Source: a virus (Duplodnaviria > Heunggongvirae > Uroviricota > Caudoviricetes). From it: a stretch of DNA of 64,000 nt. A model generated the notes under the pieces. That model ran no database searches, was not told the DNA's origin, and saw nothing but the letters and a program-made list of their open reading frames with translations. Position numbers and translations under genes: made by a program. The stretch's first letter is position 1, and each line of letters begins with the position of its first letter. Below, piece by piece: positions 1-9,510 of the stretch. The stretch lies in IMG/VR virus record IMGVR_UViG_2909262264_000005; one strand, written 5' to 3'.

Positions 1-258
1 AAGGCAAAACCCCATCCGGAACTGGCTTATCGTGCAGTTCTGGGGCTGCTGGCACTTCAGAAAAAATACGGCCCGGAACGACTGGAAAAGGCCTGTTACG
101 TTGCCCTGCACTATAACGCCCCTGACAGACGCTTTATCGACAATCTGCTGCGTCACCATCGGGAGAACCTGGAGCTTCCATTATCCCGCCAGGGCGAACA
201 ACATCCGACATATGCTTCAGAGCATGAAAACCTGCGTGGTCCGGGCTACTACCACTGA
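1..258 (+). CDS. istA: IS21-family transposase IstA, C-terminal fragment (5' end outside window)
   Basis: Frame-1 translation KAKPHPELAYRAVLGLLALQKKYGPERLEKACYVALHYNAPDRRFIDNLLRHHRENLELPLSRQGEQHPTYASEHENLRGPGYYH is identical to the C-terminus of the 548-aa ORF at 49796-51442. Confidence 0.85.
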   Translation, partial: KAKPHPELAYRAVLGLLALQKKYGPERLEKACYVALHYNAPDRRFIDNLLRHHRENLELPLSRQGEQHPTYASEHENLRGPGYYH

Positions 259-274
259 CAGAAGGAACAACAGT

Positions 275-1030
275 ATGAGTGATAACCTGTTAAACAAACT
301 GACCCAACTGAAACTCCCGGCGATGGCCGGGAGCCTGATACGGCAGCGGGAAACGCCTCAGACCTACGACGAACTGTCGTTCGAGGAAAGGCTGACGCTG
401 CTGGTTGATGACGAGCTTCTGAGCAGGGAAAACAGCCGTGTGGCACGGTTGAGAAAAAATGCCGGCCTGAAATACCAGGCAACACCGGAAGGGCTGCGCT
501 ATCCGGCCTCAAGAGGTCTGCGGGCTGAACAGATGAGAGAACTGCTGAACGGTCACTACATAACCCACAGGAAAAACCTGCTGATAACCGGTCCGACAGG
601 ATGTGGCAAGAGCTGGATAGCCAATGCGCTGGGCGAACAGGCATGTCGACAGAAACACAGCGTCCGGTACTGTAGAACCGGGCGATTACTGGAACAGCTG
701 GCTCAGGGACGTGTTGATGGCAGCTGGCTGAAATATCTGAAACAGTTGCAAAAAATACAGGTTCTAATCCTGGACGATCTGGGGCTGGAACAGTTAAGTA
801 ACGCCCAGTGTAATGACCTTCTGGAGCTCATAGAGGATCGTTACGGACAAAGCAGCACGATAGTGGTAAGCCAGTTCCCGGTAGATAAATGGCATGGTCT
901 GATGGAAAACCCAACAACAGCAGATGCCATCCTGGACAGACTGGTACATAACTCACACAGAGTGGTCCTTCAGGGAGAGTCCCTGAGGAAAAATCCCCCG
1001 ACAGTGGAAAGCAGCGAAAAAACGAGTTAA
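275..1030 (+). CDS. istB: IS21-family ATP-binding helper protein IstB
   Basis: Starts MSDNLLNKLTQLKLPAMAG 16 nt after the istA stop; Walker A GPTGCGKS and Walker B-like VLILDDLG; the six-frame ORF from 32 is an in-frame upstream extension from a GTG. Confidence 0.9.
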   Translation: MSDNLLNKLTQLKLPAMAGSLIRQRETPQTYDELSFEERLTLLVDDELLSRENSRVARLRKNAGLKYQATPEGLRYPASRGLRAEQMRELLNGHYITHRKNLLITGPTGCGKSWIANALGEQACRQKHSVRYCRTGRLLEQLAQGRVDGSWLKYLKQLQKIQVLILDDLGLEQLSNAQCNDLLELIEDRYGQSSTIVVSQFPVDKWHGLMENPTTADAILDRLVHNSHRVVLQGESLRKNPPTVESSEKTS

Positions 1031-1129
1031 AAAGCGATAGAAAAAGTTAAGTTCCCGGTTGATCGAATGTATGCGAATCGCTGATCGGACTTCGATGCCA
1101 ATCCGTGATCGAATAGAGCGGAATACGCA

Positions 1130-1578
1130 TTTGCCGCATAGCCGTCATTTTTGGGCTGGTATGGCCCCTGATAATGTTCGGCAAACAGAATGCGCTCTGT
1201 TGCCGGGAAATACGCCCGCAGGCTTTCCTTGTTGCATCCGTTCCAGCGTCCGGACGGCTTCGCCCAGATAATGTGATTCAGCACATTAAAGCGTTCACGC
1301 ATCATGATTTCGATATCAGATGCCAGGCGATGACCACAGAACAGGTAAAGACTTCCGGCAGGCTTCAGTACCCGCCAGAATTGCGCCAGACACTGGTCCA
1401 GCCATTTCAGGTAATCATCATCGCCCTTCCACTGGTTATCCCAGCCCTCGGGCTTCACTTTAAAGTATGGCGGGTCTGTGACTATCAGATCGACAGAATT
1501 TTCCGGTAAGGTCTGGATAAATTCCAGGCAATCAGCGTTGATTAACTCACAACTGGATATTTTTACAGTATTGGCCAT
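1130..1578 (-). pseudogene. DNA methyltransferase (DPPY motif), 5' fragment truncated by IS copy 1
   Basis: First ~150 codons ([41 protein letters not shown]...) are near-identical to the intact 350-aa gene at 45639-46691; similarity is lost at the IS boundary (1129/1130), after which the reading frame runs into IS sequence. Confidence 0.8.
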
Positions 1579-1728
1579 AGATCAATAAGCACTTCTCTGA
1601 TAGGCTCATACCGCTTTTGCGCAAAGCAGATGGGCCTGAGGTTTGCTTGTGACCCCAACGCATGAGCAGATGGCTGGCAGGTGCCGCTAACACCCACCAG
1701 CCGCCCATTACCACAAATTAAAAAGCCT

Positions 1729-1926
1729 TCACTGCGGAAGGCGTCTGTAACAACCGAACTGATAATCTGCCAGACCCGCCATAACAAGCTGAGTCAGTAT
1801 TAACTGGCAGCGTTCGCGTGAAAGGTACGTATTCTGCGCAATTTCCCCGACGGTCGCCGGTTCGGTGACGCTTAATTCATTAAATACCACTCTGGCGGTT
1901 TCGGTCATATCCTGCTGTTTTAGCAT
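1729..1926 (-). CDS. Small hypothetical protein (65 aa), first gene of the conserved late-operon leader block
   Basis: MLKQQDMTETARVV...; paralog of the C-terminal 68 aa of the ORF at 46842-47153 in prophage B, in the same position relative to the methyltransferase. Confidence 0.5.
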   Translation of the reverse strand: MLKQQDMTETARVVFNELSVTEPATVGEIAQNTYLSRERCQLILTQLVMAGLADYQFGCYRRLPQ

Positions 1927-2377
1927 GTCTTTTCCCTTTTCCGGTTAACGTGACATACCAATAACTCTTGTCGAAAAAGCCAGCAAGCTGAAAGACCAGT
2001 ATTCGCAACCACCAGCGCGTTTAACGTACTGCGCCGCTTTTCGGGCATAAAAAACCCCGTTTGGCGGCTGGTTTAAGCTGTGCGGCAAAGTGACCACTCT
2101 TAACATCATATTTAAATTTTTACGTACGTAAACCAGCACGCAAAAAATTTACATTATAAAATACAAAAACAATAACTTTTCATTACATTTCAGAAGCGCA
2201 TCTCTCATTACAAAAACATCGTCAATAATTACCAGTACGCATAAACGAGATCTTGATCACACTTTGAACCATTAAATAAACTCCATATCTTGAAATAGCC
2301 ATACCGATTAGATGTATATTTAGGCCGCAGTGACAATATTTTTTAATAATAGTTCCGAAAAGGACTAAGGATTCACG

Positions 2378-3475
2378 ATGAAAAAATTAACAGTGGCAAT
2401 CTCTGCTGTAGCTGCGTCAGTATTAATGGCGATGTCTGCTCAAGCAGCAGAGATTTATAACAAAGACAGCAACAAACTGGATCTGTACGGAAAAGTTAAT
2501 GCCGAGCACTACTTCTCCTCTAACGATAAACACGATGGTGACAAAACTTATGCTCGTCTGGGCTTCAAAGGCGAAACCCAAATCAATGATCAACTGACTG
2601 GTTTCGGTCAGTGGGAATATGAATTCAAAGGCAACCGTGCTGAATCTCAAGGTTCTTCCGGGGATAAAACTCGCCTTGCATTCGCTGGCCTGAAATTCGG
2701 TGACTACGGCTCCATCGATTATGGCCGTAACTACGGTGTAGCATACGACATCGGTGCGTGGACTAACGTTTTGCCAGAATTCGGTGGTGATACTTGGACT
2801 CAAACCGACGTATTCATGACTCAGCGTGCAACTGGTGTTGCAACTTACCGTAATAACGACTTCTTCGGTCTGGTTGATGGTCTGAACTTTGCTGCTCAGT
2901 ACCAAGGCAAAAACGATCGTAGCGATCTCGATAACTATACCGAAGGTAACGGTGATGGCTTCGGTTTCTCTGCTACCTATGAATACGAAGGATTCGGTAT
3001 TGGTGCAACTTATGCGAAATCTGACCGTACCGACACTCAAGTTAATCTAGGGAAAGTTCTTCCTGGAGTATTTGCTTCCGGTAAAAATGCAGAAGTTTGG
3101 GCCGCAGGTCTGAAATATGACGCTAACAACATTTACCTGGCCACTACCTATTCTGAAACCCAGAATATGACTGTATTTGCTGATCACTTCGTTGCTAATA
3201 AAGCCCAAAACTTCGAAGCTGTTGCACAATATCAGTTCGATTTCGGTCTGCGTCCGTCCGTGGCTTACCTGCAATCTAAAGGTAAAGATCTCGGAGTATG
3301 GGGCGATCAAGACTTAGTTAAATATGTTGATGTAGGCGCAACCTATTACTTCAACAAAAATATGTCTACTTTCGTTGATTACAAAATCAACCTGCTTGAC
3401 AAAAATGATTTCACCAGAGGTCTTGATATAAACACCGACGATATTGTTGCTGTCGGTATGGTTTACCAGTTCTAA
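2378..3475 (+). CDS. nmpC: Outer-membrane general porin (OmpC/OmpF/PhoE family; NmpC-like prophage porin)
   Basis: 365 aa; signal peptide [23 protein letters not shown], then [17 protein letters not shown] and C-terminal ...[41 protein letters not shown] typical of enterobacterial 16-strand porins; RBS AAGGA upstream; opposite strand to Q and the late genes, as for nmpC in DLP12 (symbol tentative). Confidence 0.85.
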   Translation: MKKLTVAISAVAASVLMAMSAQAAEIYNKDSNKLDLYGKVNAEHYFSSNDKHDGDKTYARLGFKGETQINDQLTGFGQWEYEFKGNRAESQGSSGDKTRLAFAGLKFGDYGSIDYGRNYGVAYDIGAWTNVLPEFGGDTWTQTDVFMTQRATGVATYRNNDFFGLVDGLNFAAQYQGKNDRSDLDNYTEGNGDGFGFSATYEYEGFGIGATYAKSDRTDTQVNLGKVLPGVFASGKNAEVWAAGLKYDANNIYLATTYSETQNMTVFADHFVANKAQNFEAVAQYQFDFGLRPSVAYLQSKGKDLGVWGDQDLVKYVDVGATYYFNKNMSTFVDYKINLLDKNDFTRGLDINTDDIVAVGMVYQF

Positions 3476-3613
3476 ATCTTTTTATTAAAAAAGATATGTT
3501 GCGGGAGATATTTATCTCCCACAACATGTGGGTGACGCCCTCACGTCACTGCATTAAGAAAGACATTTTGTCTTTTCTTTTTAACCTTCTGTTATTTATT
3601 ACTCTAAACTCTT

Positions 3614-3641
3614 GGGGGCGTTTTTGCGTCCCCTTTTTTAT
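3614..3641 (+). terminator. Intrinsic terminator downstream of porin gene
   Basis: GGGGGCG-TTTTT-GCGTCCCC stem-loop followed by TTTTTTAT; two further hairpins (GGGAGATA/TATCTCCC ~3503-3520, GTGACG/CGTCAC ~3531-3548) lie in the same 3' UTR. Confidence 0.5.
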
Positions 3642-3664
3642 TCAATTTTACCAGCAAACGTTAA

Positions 3665-4048
3665 TCAATAACATCTAACAACTTCAAGATCCATCTCGAG
3701 ACGAACATCCAGTGCCATCAACATTCCGTCGACTATTCCTTCAGCCTTCTGAAGTTTTTTTCCTATATATCCATCAGAACAATGATGCTTACGGGCCAGT
3801 GCCATAAACGTCATACCAGCCACATAATAATCTACCAGCAAATCATGCAAATCACTGTTGTTCTTTTTCAAACGAGCCATGCATCCGCAAATGATCATTG
3901 CGTCATCATCACTACATTGCGGTCGCGATTTAACCTTTGAAGGAATAAGTCCCTTGAATCCGGCTGCAATCGATGACCAGGTGACATCCTCATGATTATT
4001 TGCCACCCATGCCCCCCAACGCTCAAGAACCATCTGAATATCACGCAT
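3665..4048 (-). CDS. Late-gene antitermination protein Q
   Basis: 127 aa; WGAW...[18 protein letters not shown]... shared with the split Q of prophage B; last gene before the cargo slot and late-operon leader. Confidence 0.75.
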   Translation of the reverse strand: MRDIQMVLERWGAWVANNHEDVTWSSIAAGFKGLIPSKVKSRPQCSDDDAMIICGCMARLKKNNSDLHDLLVDYYVAGMTFMALARKHHCSDGYIGKKLQKAEGIVDGMLMALDVRLEMDLEVVRCY

Positions 4049-4305
4049 CAGCGCAGTACCTCCTGCACCAGTTTTTCAAACTTTCCAACTCTGGTTTCCA
4101 GCTCTGTCACACAATCCACCAGCTCATCCACCGCTTTTTGTGCGCGGTGTTTCGCCTGCATCAGTTCCCTGAGCGCTGGCACCATATCCCGACGAATGGC
4201 ATCTTTTGTTACACCTGTTTTTTCCAGTTGTTCCGCCTGTCGCAACATTTCCTGTGCCTGTTTACGTAATTGTTCAGGGGTAAAAGGTGTTGTCTGGTTG
4301 TTCAA
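4048..4305 (-). CDS. Hypothetical protein (85 aa), nin-region position
   Basis: Charged, coiled-coil-like ORF filling the gap between the helicase and Q; stop overlaps the Q start. Confidence 0.45.
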   Translation of the reverse strand: MNNQTTPFTPEQLRKQAQEMLRQAEQLEKTGVTKDAIRRDMVPALRELMQAKHRAQKAVDELVDCVTELETRVGKFEKLVQEVLR

Positions 4306-5693
4306 AAGAAACGCTCCATCTTACTGCTGTCAGTTCGTTTGTTGCTGTATCTGCGCGGCTGGGGCTGCTGCATTGGGGTAGAAAGAATCTGTGCGCTTTC
4401 CTGATCCACAGGCAGAAAATGTCCGTTATAAAAACGCCGGTAAATCGTTCCCAGAGAACCGTTACGTTGTTTCGTGATATTGATTTCTGCGATGCCCCTG
4501 GCCTGCGTATCCGGGTTGTACACTTCATCCCTGTAAAGCATCAGAATGATGTCTGCATCCGCCTCTATTTCTCCGGAATTTTTCAGGTCTGAGTTCATGG
4601 GGCGTTTGTTGGGTCTGGACTCCACACCGCGGGAGAGCTGGCTCAGCGCAATCAACGGAAAACCACCGGATTTTGCCAGGCCTTTAAGCCCCTTTGAGAT
4701 TTCACCAACGGCAAGGTCATGACGCCCCGTGGTTCGGGTTTTTATCAGTCCGAGATAATCAACCACCACCAGCGCCGTTTCCGGATGTTTAATCAGGTGG
4801 TGTTTCGTTGTTGCGCATATCTCGTCAATGGTCAGGTTCGCCTGGTCCACCATCCAGATATTGCGCCCGGTCATCCGCCCCACTCCTTGTGAGAAACGTG
4901 CCCAGTCTTCGTCTTCAAAGTGAGTGACAGATTTCAGGCGTGATACCGGCATTCCTCCAGCCGCAGATACCATGCGCTCACCAATCTGGATGTTCGCCAT
5001 TTCCATTGTGAACAGAAGAACACCGCGCCCCTGTTCAGTCACCTTGTCGATGATATCCAGCGCCAGTTCGGTTTTGCCCATCGAAGGACGAGCAGCAATA
5101 AATACCAGGTCGCCAGGCTCCATGCCGCCCGTTTTTGCGTCCAGTTCATCAATACCGGTCATCAACGTCCTGGATTTCTCCAGCCCCTGATTCCGGCATT
5201 CAACACGCTCAACCACTTCCGGAAGCACATCATCAATATGTACCGGCTGAATAACGCCCTTTTCCGTCGACAATGAGGCCATCATGTTCTGCGCATCCTT
5301 CAGAGCATCTTCAGCTGCTTCACAGGTATGCGCATCACGTAATTTCTGCAGCGCCTCATTCAGTGTTTTTTCTGCATCACGCAATGCGGCATTACGCCGC
5401 AACGCCGTAACATAGTGCTCCAGTGACGACTTCACCCAGGTTTTGCGCCCGGTATCAGTAATCACCGGGGCAAGTTCCGGCATCTCATTACACAACAGCA
5501 CAGGGTCAATCACGCCTGAAACACGGGCCTGTCGGCAGATGCCTGTGTAGATATCCCGATACGCTCGTACAGAAAAAACGTCTGCCGGCAATGTGGCCAG
5601 AATATCCATCACTTCATGATCTGCCCCTCGCAGAAAAAACGCGCCAATGACAGCGCCTTCCAGGTCATCGTTACGCCAGACAGGAGAAGTCAT
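4302..5693 (-). CDS. Replicative DNA helicase (DnaB family)
   Basis: Walker A GARPSMGKTELALDI, DnaB C-terminal motifs (ALSQLSRGVESRPNKRP, ILMLYRDEVY); start taken at MTSPVWRNDD (ATG 5693) overlapping the upstream gene stop; the GTG-extended ORF reaches 5732. Confidence 0.85.
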   Translation of the reverse strand: MTSPVWRNDDLEGAVIGAFFLRGADHEVMDILATLPADVFSVRAYRDIYTGICRQARVSGVIDPVLLCNEMPELAPVITDTGRKTWVKSSLEHYVTALRRNAALRDAEKTLNEALQKLRDAHTCEAAEDALKDAQNMMASLSTEKGVIQPVHIDDVLPEVVERVECRNQGLEKSRTLMTGIDELDAKTGGMEPGDLVFIAARPSMGKTELALDIIDKVTEQGRGVLLFTMEMANIQIGERMVSAAGGMPVSRLKSVTHFEDEDWARFSQGVGRMTGRNIWMVDQANLTIDEICATTKHHLIKHPETALVVVDYLGLIKTRTTGRHDLAVGEISKGLKGLAKSGGFPLIALSQLSRGVESRPNKRPMNSDLKNSGEIEADADIILMLYRDEVYNPDTQARGIAEINITKQRNGSLGTIYRRFYNGHFLPVDQESAQILSTPMQQPQPRRYSNKRTDSSKMERFF

Positions 5694-6580
5694 GCTGCCA
5701 CACCTCCGATATGTGCACGGTAACTTTCCCAACCAAACACCAGGCAGTTACGCCCACCATCAGTAACGCGATCCACAATCCGTTCACCAATGGACTCCTT
5801 AAGTTGGTCAAATGTCAGATTACTAATCAAAATTGTCGGTAAAACGCTTTCGTAACGTGCATTGATGATTTCCTGCAGGATGGTTATCTCTGTTGGCGTA
5901 CCGAACTGCACACCAACCTCATCGATGATGAGCAGGTCCAGCGATACAAAATGGTCAATAACTTCATCTTCAGTGCGTTCAGAATTGTGACGCCAGGTAT
6001 TTTTCACAGCGCGGGTCAGTCGCATGACATCCGTAATTTCGACAGTCGCCAGGTGGTAGCGAATAATATTTTTTGCCATTGATACAGCCAGGTGATTTTT
6101 CCCGGTACCGCAATTGCCAATCATGATCATGCTGGTACCCGCAGCAAGACACTTCTCCCATGAACTGGCATAGCGCCGACAAGCCTCAAGATTTCTCTGT
6201 GCGTCAGCATTCACAGCCTGGTAGTTCTCAAACTCGCAGTCCTGGAAGCGGCGGGCAATACCAGCTCTGTCAAGTAATTCATGAACTTTCAGGATGCGTA
6301 ACGCCTCCTGTACCTGATCCAGTTCATTCGCAATGCAGGTCGGGCAACCAGACACCCGTTTGATGGTTTCCCCACGAACATCTGGCCCTTTCAACACCAG
6401 ACGTGTGTATTTCCCGTGTTTCTCACACTCAGCAGTTTCCTCGCTAGTCAGCCAGTGTTCACAGCGCCACGGACGCTTCCCGGCACGGGCAAACTGCATC
6501 TCCTCCTCCAGTTCCGCCCTGCGGTTGAGCAATTGCGCTTTATCGTGTTGTGCGTAGTGTTTTTTTAACTGTTCAAACAT
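5690..6580 (-). CDS. DnaC-like helicase loader (AAA+ ATPase, IstB-like fold)
   Basis: 296 aa; Walker A IGNCGTGKNHLAV, Walker B LLIIDEVG; translationally coupled to the helicase. Confidence 0.8.
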   Translation of the reverse strand: MFEQLKKHYAQHDKAQLLNRRAELEEEMQFARAGKRPWRCEHWLTSEETAECEKHGKYTRLVLKGPDVRGETIKRVSGCPTCIANELDQVQEALRILKVHELLDRAGIARRFQDCEFENYQAVNADAQRNLEACRRYASSWEKCLAAGTSMIMIGNCGTGKNHLAVSMAKNIIRYHLATVEITDVMRLTRAVKNTWRHNSERTEDEVIDHFVSLDLLIIDEVGVQFGTPTEITILQEIINARYESVLPTILISNLTFDQLKESIGERIVDRVTDGGRNCLVFGWESYRAHIGGVAA

Positions 6581-6599
6581 TGTTCATCACCTCGAAAAA

Positions 6600-7409
6600 T
6601 CACCAGTTGAAGTTCGTTGAACCGTAGTCCTGCTCACTGAATCCCGAGATCGGGAGGCCGGTAGTTCGCCCACCTCCGGGAGCGGCTGGCTGTTGCCAGG
6701 ATTCCTCGAAATGGCGATCGGGTCCAAAGAACGTCGCGGCCTGCTTCACGAACTGTGTGCCGGTATTTCCTGTTGCACGTACCCAGGCGGCATACCGCTT
6801 CACGCCATCAAGCATGACTTCAGGTTTTATTCCCTCCCTGAGACGGGCTTTCCAGGCTTTGAAGGCTGCTGACTTGGAATTACCACCAGCACGTTTGGGA
6901 TATTCCTGCCAGGCCTGTTCAAATTCCGGTGAATATTCCTGTCGGGCAGAGCGCGCTGGTGCAGACGCGTCAGCGGATGCGCCAATAGTTGATTCATTGA
7001 CTGGTTCTTTGACTGGTTCAAAAGAGTGACTGGTTCTGGGTGAATCTCCTGCACTACCCCCTGGTGCAACTCCTGCACCACCTGGTGAATTTGCTGCACT
7101 AGGTAGTGAATTATTTGCACTACCACCTGGTGAATCTTTTGCACCATCAAGACGAAGAAGATAAATATTGCTCGAGTTCCCTTTTTCACCTTTCCGGGAA
7201 ACTTTTTTTACCAGTCCCGATTCACAAAGAGCCGTAATATGATTCATCACAGAACGTTTGCTAATCTCGCACTGATCAGCAATATGCTGATAGCTGGGCC
7301 AGCACTCGCCCTGATCGCTGGCATTATCAGCCAGCTTAATCAGAACCAGTTTTCGCAACGGATTTCCCACACGAATTTTCATCGCTTTCACCATCAGCTC
7401 CATGCTCAT
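6600..7409 (-). CDS. Replication initiation protein (lambda O-like; N-terminal winged-HTH, Gly/Ser/Pro/Ala linker)
   Basis: 269 aa; N-terminal 90 aa almost identical to the ORF at 55467-56285; position immediately upstream of the helicase-loader genes; iteron-like DNA repeats inside the gene. Confidence 0.7.
   Translation of the reverse strand: MSMELMVKAMKIRVGNPLRKLVLIKLADNASDQGECWPSYQHIADQCEISKRSVMNHITALCESGLVKKVSRKGEKGNSSNIYLLRLDGAKDSPGGSANNSLPSAANSPGGAGVAPGGSAGDSPRTSHSFEPVKEPVNESTIGASADASAPARSARQEYSPEFEQAWQEYPKRAGGNSKSAAFKAWKARLREGIKPEVMLDGVKRYAAWVRATGNTGTQFVKQAATFFGPDRHFEESWQQPAAPGGGRTTGLPISGFSEQDYGSTNFNW
7035..7215. repeat. Iteron-like direct repeats plus AT-rich tract inside the O-like gene (putative replication origin)
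   Basis: About five imperfect ~20-bp repeats of the form GGTGAATCTCCTGCACTACC... followed by AT-rich AAGATAAATATTGCTCGAG...TTTTTCACCTTTCC; same layout as lambda ori inside O. Coordinates approximate. Confidence 0.4.
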
Positions 7410-7630
7410 AACACACCTCCCAGGCGTTTAAACATTTTTCCGGACTGAAACGCCACCAGTGGGTAACTGATGGTGTAGTTACGCCCCAGTAATTCACACA
7501 CGACTTTCTGGCTTTCGGTACTGACCAGGCAAACCCGCAGAACGTGACCGTTGCTGGTGGCGAACCACTGCCCCACACGGGGGCAACGGTTGTATCGGTG
7601 ATACAGGGAATTAACGATGCGACGAATCAT
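7406..7630 (-). CDS. Hypothetical protein (74 aa)
   Basis: Paralog of 56282-56518 (…VLRVCLV…VVCELLGRNY…); overlaps the O-like gene start by 4 nt. Confidence 0.5.
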   Translation of the reverse strand: MIRRIVNSLYHRYNRCPRVGQWFATSNGHVLRVCLVSTESQKVVCELLGRNYTISYPLVAFQSGKMFKRLGGVL

Positions 7631-7860
7631 GGGCGCTCCTCCTGCACATCAGCCATGAGCATTTTGCTGGCTGTTTCCAGCGCCTGGTCGGCGCTAATTT
7701 GCATGACAGCCAGTGAATGAGGAACAAAAGCACCGGCATATTCTGTTTCACTGGTGGCGTGTTTATGCGCCATATCTGCGATAACAGAGATGTCAATCAG
7801 TGCATCCATCAGGGTTTTAATTACCGTAACAGAGGTGTCTGAATAATGGTTATTACACAT
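7627..7860 (-). CDS. Hypothetical protein (77 aa)
   Basis: ORF with ATG overlapping the upstream stop (ATGTGTAA); no recognisable motif. Confidence 0.35.
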   Translation of the reverse strand: MCNNHYSDTSVTVIKTLMDALIDISVIADMAHKHATSETEYAGAFVPHSLAVMQISADQALETASKMLMADVQEERP

Positions 7861-8518
7861 GGCGCGCCTCCCATTGATTACGGCGAAAAGCGGTGTGACT
7901 GAGGCTGGTTTCTGCCTTATGGAATGCTTCAATACAGCTCTCGTAGTACCGCATTGTGCGCAGACTTAACCCAAGCTGAAGCATCATCAGGCCGTCAAGG
8001 GTGATGTAATAACCACGCAGGGAATCGCCATACACGTGGTAAGTACCCGGTATGAAATTACGGGAGAAGAATTCACGCGAGCAGTTCAAATACTCGATTT
8101 TGTCGACGATGTTCTGGTGCATGCGCTTAAAGTGGCAGGCAACATGCAGGGAGAAAATAACAGCTTTGCCGTTGACGACTTCAATTTTGAGGAATGAGTG
8201 GGTTGGGACTGTAGCCATGATGGCAACCTCCTTGAGCAGTGAAAGACTTCCACCACCGGAGGTTCCAAGCTCGCTGGTGGCGGACTGAACAGGGTTGGAA
8301 CTACCGGCGCTCAAGGAAACCGGCGAGCCTTTCGGCTCCCCTGCCCAGCCCACCATAATTCTGGCGTGCGCGAGCATGGACGATAAAAAAGACGCTGGCG
8401 CGTCGTATATCGCCTCGAGCAATTCCGGGGTTCCAATCCCGGCACCCGCTTTATAAGGTGCCGGAACAGTGTAACGTCCCGAAATTGCAGAATCAATATT
8501 TAGGCTTGAAACATTCAT
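7853..8518 (-). CDS. Hypothetical replication-module protein (221 aa)
   Basis: Shares a conserved ~120-aa segment (…IPGRYTV.APYKAGAGIG…AIYDAPASFLSS…IMVGW…) with the 278-aa ORF at 56511-57347. Confidence 0.55.
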   Translation of the reverse strand: MNVSSLNIDSAISGRYTVPAPYKAGAGIGTPELLEAIYDAPASFLSSMLAHARIMVGWAGEPKGSPVSLSAGSSNPVQSATSELGTSGGGSLSLLKEVAIMATVPTHSFLKIEVVNGKAVIFSLHVACHFKRMHQNIVDKIEYLNCSREFFSRNFIPGTYHVYGDSLRGYYITLDGLMMLQLGLSLRTMRYYESCIEAFHKAETSLSHTAFRRNQWEARHV

Positions 8519-8631
8519 ATGCTTACTGGTATTTTTACTAACGCAAATGTTCTTGGATGTTACTGGCTTACTTCTTTTGTGAAGTTGCCTTTACTAACGT
8601 TGAGCGAGCCGGGCCACTGCCCGGCTTTTTT

Positions 8632-9339
8632 TCACCGCTGCCAACCAATAACCTGAAATAACCCCATTTTCGGGTGATACCAGCGAGTCCCTCGCGGTTC
8701 TGCTTCCTCCATAACCCGATAAAAAGCAGCCATAAACGGTTCCACAGCAACAATTGCGCGACGTGATAACAATCCATCCGGTGTCATAAACTCGTGGGTA
8801 TCGGTAGGAATTTGATAAGCGTTCACCAGATTGCGGCATTTATCATCTGACAAACCGGTTTTCGCTTTCAGTTGGCGATATCCGGCATAGCCCTCACGAA
8901 TGGTACCCCTTTTGATTTGCTCAACTGTTTCGGCAACATGGCTGACTTTTTCTTCCACCTGAGTGATCCGTTTCTGCTGACGAACGGCTTCAAGAGCCAT
9001 CGCAGCAACCATTTCGATTTCGCTCATTGGCTTACGGATCTGTTCTTCCAGTTCGCGCCAGCGATCTACCAGGCGAGCAGTGAATTCAGGACAGAGCTGT
9101 GCGACGACAATAATGCTGTCGCGCTTACCTTGTTCTCCTTCAAACAGGTAATGCTCATATTGAACTTTAAAACCTAAGTTATTGATTCTTTCGGAAACCT
9201 CAATTTGAGGAGACCGGACAACGCCACCTTTGGCTAATGTTTCAATAGTGCGTTTCACATTGTCATGACGTTTACCCACCAGCTCTGCGATTTCAACGCT
9301 GGTCATGGATACTTTGTCGTTAAAAATTGCAGCGTTCAT
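8632..9339 (-). CDS. Rha-family phage regulatory protein (antirepressor-like)
   Basis: Start MNAAIFNDKVSMTSVEIAELVGKRHDNVKRTIETL with RBS AAGAGG; matches the Rha N-terminal signature. Confidence 0.65.
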   Translation of the reverse strand: MNAAIFNDKVSMTSVEIAELVGKRHDNVKRTIETLAKGGVVRSPQIEVSERINNLGFKVQYEHYLFEGEQGKRDSIIVVAQLCPEFTARLVDRWRELEEQIRKPMSEIEMVAAMALEAVRQQKRITQVEEKVSHVAETVEQIKRGTIREGYAGYRQLKAKTGLSDDKCRNLVNAYQIPTDTHEFMTPDGLLSRRAIVAVEPFMAAFYRVMEEAEPRGTRWYHPKMGLFQVIGWQR

Positions 9340-9510
9340 TGTTGCCTCTTTACGAAAAACCATGATTAACCTCTAGCTTTCCCTGTCTTTTCCGCACTTC
9401 TTGTACGGTGATATTATTCAGTGCCGGATGCTTACCCGTGTCCGGCGCACGACCACACGTAGCCGCGTGTTGGTCTCCATTTTCAATTCAGCTCTCAATG
9501 GAGGATAAAA

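Larger units (their letters stand above)
1..1129 (+). mobile_element. IS21-family insertion sequence, copy 1 (partial; left part lies outside the window)
   Basis: Bases 1-1129 are the reverse complement of the right ~1.1 kb of the complete element at 48925-51563 (same istA 3' end, istB and CGATCACGG-TTGGCAT terminal repeats); similarity stops at 1129 (GAATACGCA), where a truncated methyltransferase ORF begins. Confidence 0.9.

Noticed and set aside
32-274. N-terminal extension of istB (six-frame ORF starts at 32, and likewise at 50022 in the other copy)
   Set aside because: Extension starts from a GTG inside the istA 3' end in another frame; the conserved IstB sequence begins at MSDNLL (275) with the usual short gap after istA.
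6827-7189. 120-aa ORF with HQVV repeats on the minus strand (and similar ORFs at 55687-55905)
   Set aside because: Artefact of the iteron-like DNA repeats inside the O-like gene, read in another frame.
6600-7215. Possible CRISPR array suggested by short direct repeats
   Set aside because: Repeats are ~20 bp, imperfect, contiguous without unique spacers, and lie inside a protein-coding gene; no cas genes anywhere in the window.
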